Numbered from the stretch's first letter, positions 1 to 10,363 are shown. The stretch is DNA of 30,064 nucleotides from Oscillospiraceae bacterium (GCA_009777435.1 WRLW01000001.1:1-30064), one strand, 5' to 3'. Program-made: numbers and translations. The notes: generated by a model from the sequence alone, not told the origin.

Positions 1-103
1 CAAGCTCCTGCGATATAAGCTGGGCGTCGGTGTTGGCCACCATGCCGAGCAGTAATTCGGTGCCCACCGAAATGATTTCCGCGACCATGCCGGTTACTCC
101 TTT

Positions 104-1267
104 CTATCCGCCGCATTTTTCAATGCCCGCCAAAGCGCCGTCTATCAGCCCCTCGGCGTCCAGCGCGCGCTCCGCCGCCTCAAGCTCCTCCAAGGAGGGC
201 TTTGTCTTGGGATGCTTAGGCGTGAACACCGTGCAGCAGTCCTCATAAGGCAGTATGGACGTCTCAAACGTGCCTATCCTGCGCGCCACGGACACGATTT
301 CTTCCTTGTCCATCCCCACCAGCGGCCTGAGTACGGGCAGCCCGCACACGGCCTCGGTGACGCGCAGGGATTCCAGCGTCTGCGAGGCCACCTGCCCAAG
401 GCTCTCGCCCGTGACTAACGCCCCGCAGCCGCTGTCTGCGGCGATACGCTCCGCTATGCGCATCATAAAACGGCGCATGACGAGCGTGAACAGCCGCTCG
501 GGACATTCGCCGCGTATGGTCTCCTGTATGGCCGTGAAGGGTACGACCATGACCTGCCGCCGGCCGGTATACGCGGACATTATGCGCGCCAGCTCAAGCA
601 CCTTATTCTTAGACTCAATGCCGGTGTATGGGTAGCTGAAAAAATGCACGGGCAGTATGTCCAAGCCGCGCTTGGCCATCATGAAGCCCGCCGCCGGGCT
701 GTCGATGCCGCCTGAGAGCAGCAGAACCGCGCGCCCGTTCACTCCCACGGGCAGGCCGCCCGCCCCGGCCGCCGCCGCCGTGTGGATATACGCGGCGCGG
801 TCGCGCACCTCGACCACAGCCAGCACATCGGGATTGCGCACGTCAACCTTCAGATGCGGGAACGCGGCTATAAGCCTCTCGCCCAGCAGCGCGCATATCT
901 GCGGGGAATTCAGCGCAAAGGTCTTGTCGGCGCGCTTGGCCTCGACCTTAAATGTCCGCGCGCCGTTCAGAGCGTCCGCGAGATACGCTTTAGCGCGTTC
1001 GGATATGGCGTCCATGTCCTTCGGCGCGACGGCCGCGCGGCATACGGACGTCACGCCGAACACGCGCCGCAGCGTCGCGAACACGGCCTCGCCGTCGATT
1101 TCGCCTATCGGCTCCACATAGACGGTCGATTGCAGCGAGTATATCTCGAACCGCCCGTGAGGCTCCAGCCTGCGTTTCAGATTGGCCGTCAGACGCGCCT
1201 CGAAGCGGCCGCGGTTCAGGCCTTTCAGAACCAATTCGCCCAGCTTAAGTAAAAATATCTCGGTCAT
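104..1267 (-). CDS. thiI: tRNA 4-thiouridine synthase ThiI (short form, no C-terminal rhodanese domain)
   Basis: N-terminal LKLGELVLKGLNR, THUMP region (TFKVEAKRADK), PP-loop LLSGGIDS, TGESLGQVASQT and YEDCC motifs. Start moved from the track's 1372 to ATG 1267 (MTEIFLLK), which follows a GGAAGGGA RBS. Confidence 0.93.
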   Translation of the reverse strand: MTEIFLLKLGELVLKGLNRGRFEARLTANLKRRLEPHGRFEIYSLQSTVYVEPIGEIDGEAVFATLRRVFGVTSVCRAAVAPKDMDAISERAKAYLADALNGARTFKVEAKRADKTFALNSPQICALLGERLIAAFPHLKVDVRNPDVLAVVEVRDRAAYIHTAAAAGAGGLPVGVNGRAVLLLSGGIDSPAAGFMMAKRGLDILPVHFFSYPYTGIESKNKVLELARIMSAYTGRRQVMVVPFTAIQETIRGECPERLFTLVMRRFMMRIAERIAADSGCGALVTGESLGQVASQTLESLRVTEAVCGLPVLRPLVGMDKEEIVSVARRIGTFETSILPYEDCCTVFTPKHPKTKPSLEELEAAERALDAEGLIDGALAGIEKCGG

Positions 1268-1297
1268 GCCGATATCATCCCTTCCGCAGTCGCGTAC

Positions 1298-1327
1298 AGT
1301 ATACATCATGCGCCCGGCGGTTGACAA
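1298..1327 (-). promoter_or_regulatory. possible sigma70/sigmaA promoter for thiI
   Basis: Minus strand TTGTCA-18 bp-TATACT upstream of the thiI start; spacing is suboptimal. Confidence 0.4.
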
Positions 1328-1382
1328 CAAAAAATAGGGGGCGTTTTTCAGCGCGTCGGCCCCGGACGGCATAATTTCATCA

Positions 1383-1410
1383 TTGCAAAATTTGTGTGGA
1401 CTGGTATAAT
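1383..1410 (+). promoter_or_regulatory. sigmaA-type promoter for the gdpP-rplI-dnaB cluster
   Basis: TTGCAA-16 bp-TATAAT with an extended -10 TG (TGGTATAAT), 27 bp before the GTG start. Confidence 0.6.
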
Positions 1411-1437
1411 ATATAAGCCTATAAATCCTGACGGGAT

Positions 1438-3408
1438 GTGAAGGTCTTGAAGAAGGGCTTTACCAACCACATATTTTTTGTGTGTATGCTGCTTTTCAGC
1501 GCCGCCACGGTGTATTTCACACCGGTTTTGGCGTTCACGGAGTTAGCCGTGTTGATCCTTGTGTTCCTGATATACCGCCACGCGCGCTCGAAACAGCGCG
1601 GCGAGCTGGCAAAGGAGATCGACACCCTCAACCTGCCCGAAACGGCGGCGGCGTCCATAAGCATATTAAACCAGCCGCTGCCGGCGTGCGTGGTCAGGCT
1701 TGAGGACGGCGAGCTGCTGTGGGGCAGTCCGGCTTTCATGCGCCTTACGGGGCGGCCTGAGCCGATATTTGAGCGGAGCATAACCGATATGGTCGATCTG
1801 CCTCTGAAATGGCTTAAGGAGGGCAAAACGGCGTGTCCGCACAACGTGTCGCTGAACTGCCGCGACTTCTCGGTCTGCGGGACGCTGGCGCGCGGCGGCG
1901 ACGGCGGCGTTCTGGCGCTGCTGAGCTGGATCGACGTGACCGAGCTGACCCACGCGCGCAACGAGCTGGCCATGCGCGAGCCGGTGGTCGGCGTTATCGC
2001 GCTTGACAATTACGAGGAGATCGTCAAGGGTCTGCCCGACTCGCAGAAGGCCAATCTTTTGGCCGCCATAGACGACCGTATAGCCGGGCTGACCAATATC
2101 TCCAAAGGCATCGTCAGCAGATACGAGCGCGACCGCCACCTTTGCATATTTGAGTCCCAGGGCCTTAAAAAGCTGTCAGACGGGAAGTTCGCGCTGCTGG
2201 ACAGCGTTCGCGAGCTGACCGGCGCGGGCGGCATACCGGCAACCCTCTCCATCGGGCTGGGCTGCGAGGGCTCGTCGATGCAGGAGTCGCTCGCGTTTGC
2301 CAATCTGGCCATAGACATGGCGCTGTCGCGCGGCGGCGATCAGGTGGTAATCAAGAACAAGCACCGCTTTGAGTTTTACGGCGGCAAGGCGAAGGAATTT
2401 GAAAAGCGCACCAAGGTCAAGGCGCGCGTTATGGCGCACGCCCTGCGCGAGCTTATGGCGGGCGCTTCTATGATAATAGTAATGGGGCACACACAGGGCG
2501 ACATAGATTCCGTGGGCGCGGCGGGCGGCATAGTCGCGCTGGCGCGCAAGCTCGGCCGCCGCGTCCATATCGTCAGCGACACAAGAAACACGACGGCGCT
2601 GTCGCTGATAGACCGGCTCATGGCGCACAAGGAATACAACGGCGTGTTTATCGACGCGCAGAACGCGCTCCTGCTGGCCGACCGCGATACGCTTCTTGTG
2701 GTGGTGGACACCTCGCGCCCCGAGATGGTGGAAAGCCCCGTGCTGCTGCAGGCGCTCCACCGCGTCGCCGTCATCGACCACCACAGGCGCGCGGCGACCT
2801 ATATCGACAACGCGACCATGACCTTCCACGAGCCATACGCGTCGTCCTCCTGCGAGCTGGTATGCGAGCTTATCCAATACACGCTCGACACGGGAGACCT
2901 GCTGCGCGTCGAGGCCGACGGCCTGCTGGCGGGCATAGCTATGGACACAAAGGATTTCACCATGCACACCGGCGCGCGCACCTTCGAGGCGGCGGCTTAC
3001 CTAAAGGACGCGGGGGCCGACACCATCAGCGTCAAGAAGCTGTTCCAGACCGATTTGGCCAGCAACCTCGCGCGCTATCAGATTGTCTCAAAGGCCGAGA
3101 TGATAGGCAGCCAGATCGCCATCGCCGCGGCCGAAAGCTCGGTTGACCGCGTGATCGCGGCGCAGGCGGCCGACGACCTGCTCACGGTGTCGGGCGTGCA
3201 GGCGTCGTTTGTGCTTACCACCATGAGCGGCCAGGTCGTGGTCAGCGGACGCTCGCTGGGCGGCATAAACGTACAGGTGATAGCCGAAAAAATAGGCGGC
3301 GGCGGCCATCAGACAAGCGCGGGCGCGCAGCTGCCCAACACGACCGTCGCCGAGGCCAAGGCGCGTCTGACCGACGCCATAAACGAGTATCTCAGCGAGT
3401 GCGGATAA
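1438..3408 (+). CDS. gdpP: cyclic-di-AMP phosphodiesterase GdpP/YybT family (2 TM, PAS, degenerate GGDEF, DHH/DHHA1)
   Basis: Two N-terminal hydrophobic helices, SRGGDQVVIK, GHTQGDIDS, VVVDT, IDHHRR, HEPYASS and GGGGH motifs; canonical position upstream of rplI-dnaB. Confidence 0.88.
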   Translation: MKVLKKGFTNHIFFVCMLLFSAATVYFTPVLAFTELAVLILVFLIYRHARSKQRGELAKEIDTLNLPETAAASISILNQPLPACVVRLEDGELLWGSPAFMRLTGRPEPIFERSITDMVDLPLKWLKEGKTACPHNVSLNCRDFSVCGTLARGGDGGVLALLSWIDVTELTHARNELAMREPVVGVIALDNYEEIVKGLPDSQKANLLAAIDDRIAGLTNISKGIVSRYERDRHLCIFESQGLKKLSDGKFALLDSVRELTGAGGIPATLSIGLGCEGSSMQESLAFANLAIDMALSRGGDQVVIKNKHRFEFYGGKAKEFEKRTKVKARVMAHALRELMAGASMIIVMGHTQGDIDSVGAAGGIVALARKLGRRVHIVSDTRNTTALSLIDRLMAHKEYNGVFIDAQNALLLADRDTLLVVVDTSRPEMVESPVLLQALHRVAVIDHHRRAATYIDNATMTFHEPYASSSCELVCELIQYTLDTGDLLRVEADGLLAGIAMDTKDFTMHTGARTFEAAAYLKDAGADTISVKKLFQTDLASNLARYQIVSKAEMIGSQIAIAAAESSVDRVIAAQAADDLLTVSGVQASFVLTTMSGQVVVSGRSLGGINVQVIAEKIGGGGHQTSAGAQLPNTTVAEAKARLTDAINEYLSECG

Positions 3409-3439
3409 AGCTCAGAAATCTCTAAAAGGGGGACACCGC

Positions 3440-3916
3440 ATGAAAGTCATATTGCAGGCCGACGTCAAGGATCAGGGCAAGCGCGGCGACCTTGTGGACG
3501 TTTCGGACGGCTACGCGCGCAACTTCCTGCTCCCGCGCAAGCTCGCCGTTGAGGCCACGGCCGGCGCCCTCAACGATTACAAGAGCCGCGAAGCGGCCAA
3601 GCGCCAGCGCGCCCAAGCCGAGCGCGAGAACGCCGCGAGGCTGTCGAAGCTGCTCAAGGAAACCGTGATAACGGTGACGGCGCGGGGCGGCTCGGCGGGG
3701 CGGCTGTTCGGCTCGGTGACGTCCAGAGAGGTGGCCGACGCGCTCAAGAGCCAGCACAACATAGAGATAGACAAGCACCGCATCGTTATGACCGAGCCTC
3801 TGCGCACGGCCGGACGCCATACCGTGCAGGTAAAGCTGGGTTACGAGACGGTCTCCAGCATGACGGTTGACGTCGTTGTTGACAGCGGCCCGGCCGGCAA
3901 ATCCTCCGATGGATGA
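3440..3916 (+). CDS. rplI: 50S ribosomal protein L9
   Basis: MKVIL...GYARNFLLP and GRLFGSVT motifs; GGGGG RBS. Confidence 0.97.
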   Translation: MKVILQADVKDQGKRGDLVDVSDGYARNFLLPRKLAVEATAGALNDYKSREAAKRQRAQAERENAARLSKLLKETVITVTARGGSAGRLFGSVTSREVADALKSQHNIEIDKHRIVMTEPLRTAGRHTVQVKLGYETVSSMTVDVVVDSGPAGKSSDG

Positions 3917-5240
3917 AATCCGTTCCGTACCGAGGAGTATAGAGGCCGAACAGGCCGTACTCGGCTCCATGCTGGTGGACGCGCGCTGTATACCGGACGT
4001 AATTACCTCCGGTCTGCGTGCCGAGGACTTTTACGGCGACCAAAACCGCCTGTTATTTGAAACTATTTACAGCATGTTTACAAACGGCGGCGTGATCGAC
4101 CCCATAACCGTCCTCGGGCAGCTTCAGGTGACGGGCAACTACGACCCGGCGGTTTCGCGCTCGTTTGTGGGACAGCTTGTCGAGATAACTCCCACCGCCG
4201 CCAATGTGCTGGCGTATGCCGAGATAGTGAAAGAACGCGCCCTGCTCAGGCGGCTGGGCGACGCGGCGTCGGAGATATCGGGCATGGTGGCCTCGGGCGA
4301 GGGCGAGGCCGGCGACGTACTTGATTCGGCCGAGCAGAAGATATACAAAATACGTCAGGGCAGCGCCGAAACCGGCGTCAAGCCGGTGTCCGTCCTTATG
4401 GCCGACACATACCGCTATTTGGACGAAATGGCGGCGTCCAAAGGCCGCCTGCCCGGCCTGACCACCGGCGTCGAGCCGCTCGACCGCATGATCGGCGGCA
4501 TGATAAATTCCAATCTGATACTGATAGCCTCGCGGCCGGGTATGGGTAAAACCAGCATCGCGCTCAATATCGCGCTCAACGCGGCAAGGGCTTCGGGCAA
4601 ATGCGTGGCCTTTTTCTCGCTGGAAATGTCGCTGCAGCAGCTCGGGCTGAGACTGCTGTCGTCCGAGGCGGTCGTTGACTCCAACACCCTGCTCGGCGGC
4701 ACGCTGTCCGACGAGGAATGGGCCGCCGTCGCGAACGCCAGCATAGCCATCAGCAAGACTAAGATGATGTTCAGCGACGCGGCCGCCGTGAAGGTAAGCG
4801 ACATTCTGGCGCAGTGCCGCCGCATAGACGGCCTGGGGCTGGTGGTAATCGACTACCTCCAGCTTCTGCAAGGCTCGCGCAAGACCGAAAACCGCGTGCA
4901 GGAGGTCGGCGACATCTCGCGTTCGCTGAAGATTATGGCCAAGGATCTGAATGTCCCGGTGCTGTGCTGCGCCCAGCTTTCACGCGGCGGCGACGCGCAG
5001 GGCGGCAAGCGCCCTCAGCTTTCGCATCTGCGCGAGTCAGGCTCTATCGAGCAGGACGCCGACGTGGTAATGCTGCTGTACCGCGACGACTACTATAACG
5101 AGGATTCCGAGGAGCGCGGCATAGCCGAGTGCATCGTCGCCAAAAACCGCCACGGGGGAACCGGCACCATAAAGCTTTCGTGGATGGGACAGTTCACGTC
5201 GTTCTCCGCCTTGGATACCATACATGGCCATGAAGCCTGA
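3909..5240 (+). CDS. dnaB: replicative DNA helicase
   Basis: PRSIEAEQAVLGS, Walker A ASRPGMGKT, FFSLEM, VIDYLQL, LRESGSIEQDAD, AKNRHG. Start placed at ATG 3909 (MDEIRSVP), overlapping the rplI stop (ATGGATGA). Confidence 0.96.
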   Translation: MDEIRSVPRSIEAEQAVLGSMLVDARCIPDVITSGLRAEDFYGDQNRLLFETIYSMFTNGGVIDPITVLGQLQVTGNYDPAVSRSFVGQLVEITPTAANVLAYAEIVKERALLRRLGDAASEISGMVASGEGEAGDVLDSAEQKIYKIRQGSAETGVKPVSVLMADTYRYLDEMAASKGRLPGLTTGVEPLDRMIGGMINSNLILIASRPGMGKTSIALNIALNAARASGKCVAFFSLEMSLQQLGLRLLSSEAVVDSNTLLGGTLSDEEWAAVANASIAISKTKMMFSDAAAVKVSDILAQCRRIDGLGLVVIDYLQLLQGSRKTENRVQEVGDISRSLKIMAKDLNVPVLCCAQLSRGGDAQGGKRPQLSHLRESGSIEQDADVVMLLYRDDYYNEDSEERGIAECIVAKNRHGGTGTIKLSWMGQFTSFSALDTIHGHEA

Positions 5241-6654
5241 GTTTATTGAGAAAATCCGCCATGTGCCCGAAGGCGCGGCCATCCTCTGCGCGCTGTCGGG
5301 CGGCGCCGATTCCACGGCCATGACCGCCGCGCTTGTTGAGCTGAGCGCGCGTATGCGCTTAACTCTTGCCGCCGCGCATTATCACCACGGGCTGCGCGCG
5401 GCCGACGCCGACGCCGACCTGCTGTTTTGCGAGCGTTTGTGCGCGGCTTGGGGCATCCCGCTGTATCATGAGCGCGGCGACGTCGCGGCGGAGCGCGGCG
5501 GAGCGCGGTCGCGCGGGGCCGAGGCCGACGGCCGGCGGCTGCGTTATGATTTTTTGGAGCGTGTGGCACGTGAGCGCGGCATAAGCCATATCGCGACGGC
5601 GCATACCGCCGACGACGGCGCCGAGACGCTGCTGCTCAACCTGATACGCGGCTCGGGCATAGACGGCCTGACGGGCATACCGCCGGTCAGGGGCAATATC
5701 ATAAGGCCCATACTCGCCTGCACGCGCGCCGAAGTGCTTGAATACCTCGCTCAAAAGGGGCTTAATCACCGCGAGGACGCCACAAACCGTCAGGACGCTT
5801 ACCGCCGCAACCGGCTTCGCCGCCATGTGATACCGCTGCTGGCCGCCGAAAACCCCGCGCTGCCGCGGACTCTGCTGCGCACGGCGGAGCTGATTAGCGC
5901 CGACGCGGAATATCTCAATGGCTTAGCCGCCCGGGCGCTCGAAGGCATGATGGACGGCTACGCGCGGAAGCCGCGCGCTTATGACACGCGGCTTTTCGAC
6001 GCTCTTGACCCCGCGCCTGACGGCCGCGTGTGTGCCGGGGCCGCCGAACTTGCGGCCCTGCCGCCGCCGCTGGCGCGGCGCGCGGCGCGCATGATGGCCG
6101 CGCGGGCCGCCGGCGCGGATGTCCCCGACCTGTCGCGCGCGCATATCGAAGCCATATTGGGATTATGCCGTGAGCGGCGCGGCGGCGTGAACCGCGCGGT
6201 TATATCCCTGCCCGGAGGGTTGGCGGCCGAGCGCGAATACGACGGTATCTGCCTTTACGCGGTCAGGAAGCCGGACGGCTTCGAGCCGGCGGCCCTGCGC
6301 CTTGGCGAACGCGCGGAGCTGCCCGAGCTGGGGCTTTGGGTCTCGTGGCAAAAAAAACCGACAAAAGTTAACAATTTAGTCTATTCTTTTGAGGCGCCTT
6401 CTGATATAATAAATGGCGTTATGCGCGTAAGGCCGCGAAAGACGGGCGACAGGATAAAATTTCCGGGCCGCGCGACGCGTTCATTGCAGGATATTTTCGT
6501 AGACGCAAAGCTTCCGCGCCGTCTGCGGGACAGGGTGCCGGTGGTCGAGGAAATTACCGGCGGCGGAATAATCGCGGTTTACGGCTTCGGGGCGCGGGGC
6601 GCGGGGCCTGAAAACGCCGGCGGCGGCACGGTATTTGATTTTTACAGGGAATAA
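5230..6654 (+). CDS. tilS: tRNA(Ile)-lysidine synthetase
   Basis: ALSGGADS PP-loop, AHYHHGLR, RRLRYDFL, TAHTADD, IIRPIL, YRRNRLR; upstream of hpt-ftsH. Start could be ATG 5224 or 5230. Confidence 0.93.
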   Translation: MKPEFIEKIRHVPEGAAILCALSGGADSTAMTAALVELSARMRLTLAAAHYHHGLRAADADADLLFCERLCAAWGIPLYHERGDVAAERGGARSRGAEADGRRLRYDFLERVARERGISHIATAHTADDGAETLLLNLIRGSGIDGLTGIPPVRGNIIRPILACTRAEVLEYLAQKGLNHREDATNRQDAYRRNRLRRHVIPLLAAENPALPRTLLRTAELISADAEYLNGLAARALEGMMDGYARKPRAYDTRLFDALDPAPDGRVCAGAAELAALPPPLARRAARMMAARAAGADVPDLSRAHIEAILGLCRERRGGVNRAVISLPGGLAAEREYDGICLYAVRKPDGFEPAALRLGERAELPELGLWVSWQKKPTKVNNLVYSFEAPSDIINGVMRVRPRKTGDRIKFPGRATRSLQDIFVDAKLPRRLRDRVPVVEEITGGGIIAVYGFGARGAGPENAGGGTVFDFYRE

Positions 6655-6657
6655 GGG

Positions 6658-7203
6658 GTGTCCGGTATACATCAAGATATAGAAAAGATTCTTATAGACG
6701 AGCGGACGCTGAAGAAGCGCGTCTGTGAGCTGGCGGATGAAATACGCCGCGACGCCGGACAGCCCGAACCTCTGCTTGTCGGGGTGCTGAAGGGTTCGTT
6801 CATATTTATGGCCGACCTTCTGAGGGCGCTGGACATGTACTGCGAGATTGATTTCATGGCCGTTTCGTCATACGGCGCGAACACTGTGAACACAGGTCAG
6901 GTGCGCATCCTCAAGGACATCGGTCAAAGCATTGAAAACCGCGACGTTATCCTTGTGGAGGACATATTAGACAGCGGGGAGACGCTCGGTTATATTATGC
7001 GTCTCATGAAGGCGCGTCAGCCGCGTTCGCTGAAGTTATGCGTGATGCTCGATAAGCCCGAACGCCGCAAGGTGGACATCACGCCCGATTATGTGGGGTT
7101 CTCCATACCCAATGAGTTTGTGGTAGGATACGGGCTGGATTACGCGGAGCGCTACCGCCAGCTGCCTTACATTGGCGTCCTAAAGCCTGAAATATATAAA
7201 TGA
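6658..7203 (+). CDS. hpt: hypoxanthine phosphoribosyltransferase
   Basis: GVLKGSFIFMADL, PRPP-binding VILVEDILDSGETL, FVVGYGLDYAERYRQLPYIG; GTG start. Confidence 0.96.
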   Translation: MSGIHQDIEKILIDERTLKKRVCELADEIRRDAGQPEPLLVGVLKGSFIFMADLLRALDMYCEIDFMAVSSYGANTVNTGQVRILKDIGQSIENRDVILVEDILDSGETLGYIMRLMKARQPRSLKLCVMLDKPERRKVDITPDYVGFSIPNEFVVGYGLDYAERYRQLPYIGVLKPEIYK

Positions 7204-7228
7204 TTAAAGATCGGGGGGATGTTCCGCC

Positions 7229-9088
7229 TTGGCTACCCAAAACAACAAACGAAATAACGGTCTGCGCGATATAGGCTTCTATCTGATCGTATTCATAATA
7301 TTGCTGACAACCATGATGGTGCTGGTGCGCGGCGGCGGCGAAAAGCCTGTGAATTATTATCAGGTGAGCCGGTATTTCCAGCAGGAAAAGGTCGAGAAAT
7401 TCTATATCAAGGATAACAATGTGCTGATACTTTCGGTAAAGGGCGAGCCGGATCCGATAAAGTACAGCCTGTTCAGCGTGGATTATTTCCGCGAGGATCT
7501 GGGCGATCTCATTGCCGATCAGGTCGCGCGCGGCGTTATAACGGATTATGATTACGAGCTGGCGTTTGAACCGCCGTGGTGGGTAGGGTTCATACCGTAT
7601 TTATTCATGATTGTCATATTTGTGGTGCTGTGGTATTTCATGTTCAACCGCGGGGCCGGGGGCGCCGACCGCACCATGAAATTCGGCAAGGCGCGCACGC
7701 GCCTCGGCAGCGACGAAAGCAAACGCGTCTCATTCGGAGACGTGGCGGGCGCGGACGAGGAGAAGGCCGAGCTGGCCGAGATAGTGGATTTCCTAAAAGC
7801 GCCCAAAAAGTTTATAGAGATAGGCGCGCGTATCCCAAAGGGCATTTTGCTGGTAGGCCCGCCCGGAACCGGCAAGACGCTGCTGGCGAAGGCCGTGTCC
7901 GGCGAGGCCGGATGCCAGTTTTTATCCATATCAGGCTCGGACTTCGTTGAGCTGTATGTGGGCGTCGGCGCGTCGCGCGTGCGCGACTTGTTCGAGCAGG
8001 CCAAGAAGCTGTCGCCGTGTATCGTTTTTATAGACGAGATAGACGCCGTGGGCCGTCACCGCGGCGCGGGGCTTGGCGGAGGGCATGACGAGCGCGAGCA
8101 GACCCTCAATCAGCTCTTAGTCGAAATGGACGGCTTTGGAAACAACGAGGGCATAATCGTGCTGGCCGCGACCAACCGCCGCGACATACTCGACCCCGCA
8201 TTGCTCAGGCCGGGACGCTTTGACCGCGAGGTATACGTCGGCATCCCCGACATCAAGGGCCGCGAGGCCATATTAAAGGTACATTCGCGCAACAAGGTGC
8301 TTGACGCCGAAGTGAACCTTACCAATATCGCCAAAACCACGGCGGGCTTCACGGGCGCGGATCTGGAAAACCTGCTCAACGAGAGCGCGCTGCTGGCCGC
8401 CCGGAAGAACCACCGCGCCATTAAGGACGAGGATTTGTCCGACGCGCTCCTTAAAGTCATAGCCGGCCCCGAGAAGCGCAGCAAGGTCATAACCGACAAA
8501 GACCGCAAGCTGACGGCCTATCACGAGGCCGGGCACGCGGTGGTCAGCCGTTCGCTTGAGACGCAGGATCCCGTGCATCACATCACCATAATACCGCGCG
8601 GCATGGCCGGAGGCATGAATATACGGCTGCCCAAAGAGGATAAGTCATACATGGCCAAAAGCGAGATGTATGAAACCATCGTGGTATGTCTTGGAGGCCG
8701 CGTGGCCGAAAAGCTGGTTTTGGACGAGATCTCGACGGGGGCGTCCGACGATATCCGCCGCTCCACGCAGATGGCGCGCAGTATGGTCACGCGCTACGGC
8801 ATGAGCGACAACATCGGCCCCATAAACTTCGACGCCGACTCCAACGAGGTGTTCATAGGCCGCGACTATGGCCACACGCGCTCCTATTCCGAGCAGACGG
8901 CCTCGCTCATAGACAGCGAAATAAAGGGCATCATCGACCAAGCCTATAAGCGCTGTCAGGAGATACTGCAAACGCATATGGAAAAGCTGCACAAGGTGGC
9001 CGACTATCTGCTTGAGCATGAAACTATGGACGGCCCGGTGTTCGAGCGCTTCTTCTCAGGGGACGAGCTGCTCTTGCCCGAGGTTTAA
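7229..9088 (+). CDS. ftsH: ATP-dependent zinc metalloprotease FtsH
   Basis: Two TM segments, Walker A GPPGTGKT, Walker [35 protein letters not shown] zinc motif; TTG start after a GGGGGGA RBS. Confidence 0.97.
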   Translation: MATQNNKRNNGLRDIGFYLIVFIILLTTMMVLVRGGGEKPVNYYQVSRYFQQEKVEKFYIKDNNVLILSVKGEPDPIKYSLFSVDYFREDLGDLIADQVARGVITDYDYELAFEPPWWVGFIPYLFMIVIFVVLWYFMFNRGAGGADRTMKFGKARTRLGSDESKRVSFGDVAGADEEKAELAEIVDFLKAPKKFIEIGARIPKGILLVGPPGTGKTLLAKAVSGEAGCQFLSISGSDFVELYVGVGASRVRDLFEQAKKLSPCIVFIDEIDAVGRHRGAGLGGGHDEREQTLNQLLVEMDGFGNNEGIIVLAATNRRDILDPALLRPGRFDREVYVGIPDIKGREAILKVHSRNKVLDAEVNLTNIAKTTAGFTGADLENLLNESALLAARKNHRAIKDEDLSDALLKVIAGPEKRSKVITDKDRKLTAYHEAGHAVVSRSLETQDPVHHITIIPRGMAGGMNIRLPKEDKSYMAKSEMYETIVVCLGGRVAEKLVLDEISTGASDDIRRSTQMARSMVTRYGMSDNIGPINFDADSNEVFIGRDYGHTRSYSEQTASLIDSEIKGIIDQAYKRCQEILQTHMEKLHKVADYLLEHETMDGPVFERFFSGDELLLPEV

Positions 9089-9103
9089 CGGAGAATAAAG
9101 AAC

Positions 9104-9129
9104 GCGCGGCGGGAGTAATCCCGCCGCGC
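9104..9129. terminator. hairpin between convergent ftsH and rplL, probably a bidirectional terminator
   Basis: Perfect 11-bp stem GCGCGGCGGGA-GTAA-TCCCGCCGCGC between two convergent stop codons; U-tracts are imperfect. Confidence 0.7.
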
Positions 9130-9152
9130 AGCCGTTTGCCGTTTTCGCGTTC

Positions 9153-9536
9153 TTATTTTACCTCGATCTTCGCGCCGACTTCCTCAAGCTTTTTCTTGAT
9201 TTCCGCGGCTTCGTCCTTGGAGACGTTCTCCTTGACGGCCTTGGGCGCGCCGTCTACAAGGCCCTTGGCCTCGGTCAGGCCCAGACCGGTTATCTCGCGG
9301 ACTACCTTGATGACCTTGATCTTCTCGGAGCCGACCTCGGCCAGCACCACGTTGAACTCGGTCTGCTCCTCGGCGGCGGCGGCCGGAGCGGCGGCGGCCG
9401 GAGCGGCCATCATGGCCATAGGAGCGGCGGCCGAAACGCCGAATTCCTCCTCAAGAGCCTTTACTAACTCGGACAGCTCCAGAACCGTCAGCGCTTTGAC
9501 CTCATCGATCAATTTTGTTACTTTATCGCTTGCCAT
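9153..9536 (-). CDS. rplL: 50S ribosomal protein L7/L12
   Basis: [23 protein letters not shown], Ala-rich hinge, [20 protein letters not shown]. Confidence 0.98.
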   Translation of the reverse strand: MASDKVTKLIDEVKALTVLELSELVKALEEEFGVSAAAPMAMMAAPAAAAPAAAAEEQTEFNVVLAEVGSEKIKVIKVVREITGLGLTEAKGLVDGAPKAVKENVSKDEAAEIKKKLEEVGAKIEVK

Positions 9537-9577
9537 TGTATTTTTCCTCCTTGTTTCTTACGGCGCGGGGCGATGCC

Positions 9578-10117
9578 CTACGCGCCTTTTTGTTCCGCTA
9601 TGGCGTTCAGCGCGACCACAAGGCCGCGGATGTTGCCGTTGAGTACGTTGACTAAACCGGAAATAGGCGCGTTCAGGCCGCCCAATACGCGCGCGATAAG
9701 CTGTTCGCGCGGCGGCAGCTCGGCTAAGGCCGCGACTTCCGCGCTCGTGATGACGCGGCCGTCCACAAAGCCGGCCTTTATGCTGAACTTCCCGTTGGAT
9801 TTCTTCGCGTAATCGCTGAGTATCTTGGCGGCGGCGACCGGGTCGTCGGCGCTGACGGCCAAAGCCGTCGTGCCTTTCAGGTGCGTGCTGAGATTAAGGC
9901 TGTCGAAGCCTATTTTTTCACAGGCGAAATTCAGCAGTGTGTTCTTGGTCACGCTGTAGTCCACCCCGGCGGCGCGCAGCTCACGCCTGAGCTTGGTGTC
10001 GTCGGCCACGTTGATACCCTTGTAATCGACCAGAACGCCGGCGCTGGCGTTTTTAATCTTTTCGGCGAGCTGATCGACAAAAGCCTGTTTTTGAGCCAGA
10101 ACGCTTGGATTCGGCAT
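9578..10117 (-). CDS. rplJ: 50S ribosomal protein L10
   Basis: VLVDYKGI, VTKNTLL, LKGTTA, IKAGFVDG, LAELPPREQL. Start ATG 10117 (MPNPSVL) after a GGAGGGGAGG RBS. Confidence 0.96.
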   Translation of the reverse strand: MPNPSVLAQKQAFVDQLAEKIKNASAGVLVDYKGINVADDTKLRRELRAAGVDYSVTKNTLLNFACEKIGFDSLNLSTHLKGTTALAVSADDPVAAAKILSDYAKKSNGKFSIKAGFVDGRVITSAEVAALAELPPREQLIARVLGGLNAPISGLVNVLNGNIRGLVVALNAIAEQKGA

Positions 10118-10159
10118 AGGTTTTCCTCCCCTCCCGTATACGATAAATGGCGGCGATCC

Positions 10160-10191
10160 AAAACAAGAAAAGCCCCGCGTCTCAGCGGGGC
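10160..10191 (-). terminator. attenuator terminator in the rplJ leader
   Basis: Minus strand GCCCCGC-TGAGAC-GCGGGGC followed by TTTTCTTGTTTT, lying between the leader core and the rplJ RBS. Confidence 0.7.
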
Positions 10192-10250
10192 GAATACGAC
10201 ACGCGCGGCGCGGCGGCCCTGAGCCGCTTTGTCCGCATATTTGCCGCACC

Positions 10251-10322
10251 CCTCGGCAGGCGGCCGCCCGATAAGCGGCGCGTTACTGCGGCTCCGAAAA
10301 AGCCGCAACCTGCTGTCTGTGG
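10251..10322 (-). ncRNA. ribosomal protein L10 leader (autogenous cis-regulatory RNA)
   Basis: Minus strand CCACAGACAGCAGG...TAA...CCTGCCGAGG resembles the L10-leader core (AGACaGyAGG / CCUrCcGAGG) upstream of rplJ. Recognised from memory of the family, not by covariance search. Confidence 0.75.
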
Positions 10323-10334
10323 AACGCTTGTTAT

Positions 10335-10363
10335 AATATAACAGCCGGGCCGCCGTTTGTCAA
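10335..10363 (-). promoter_or_regulatory. sigmaA promoter of rplJL
   Basis: Minus strand TTGACA-17 bp-TATATT immediately upstream of the leader. Confidence 0.75.

Noticed and set aside
3909-5240. Possible intein in DnaB
   Set aside because: Length (about 443 aa) and contiguous helicase motifs leave no insertion.
9371-9410. Short tandem GCGGCGGCCGGAGC repeat
   Set aside because: It encodes the normal Ala/Pro hinge of L7/L12.
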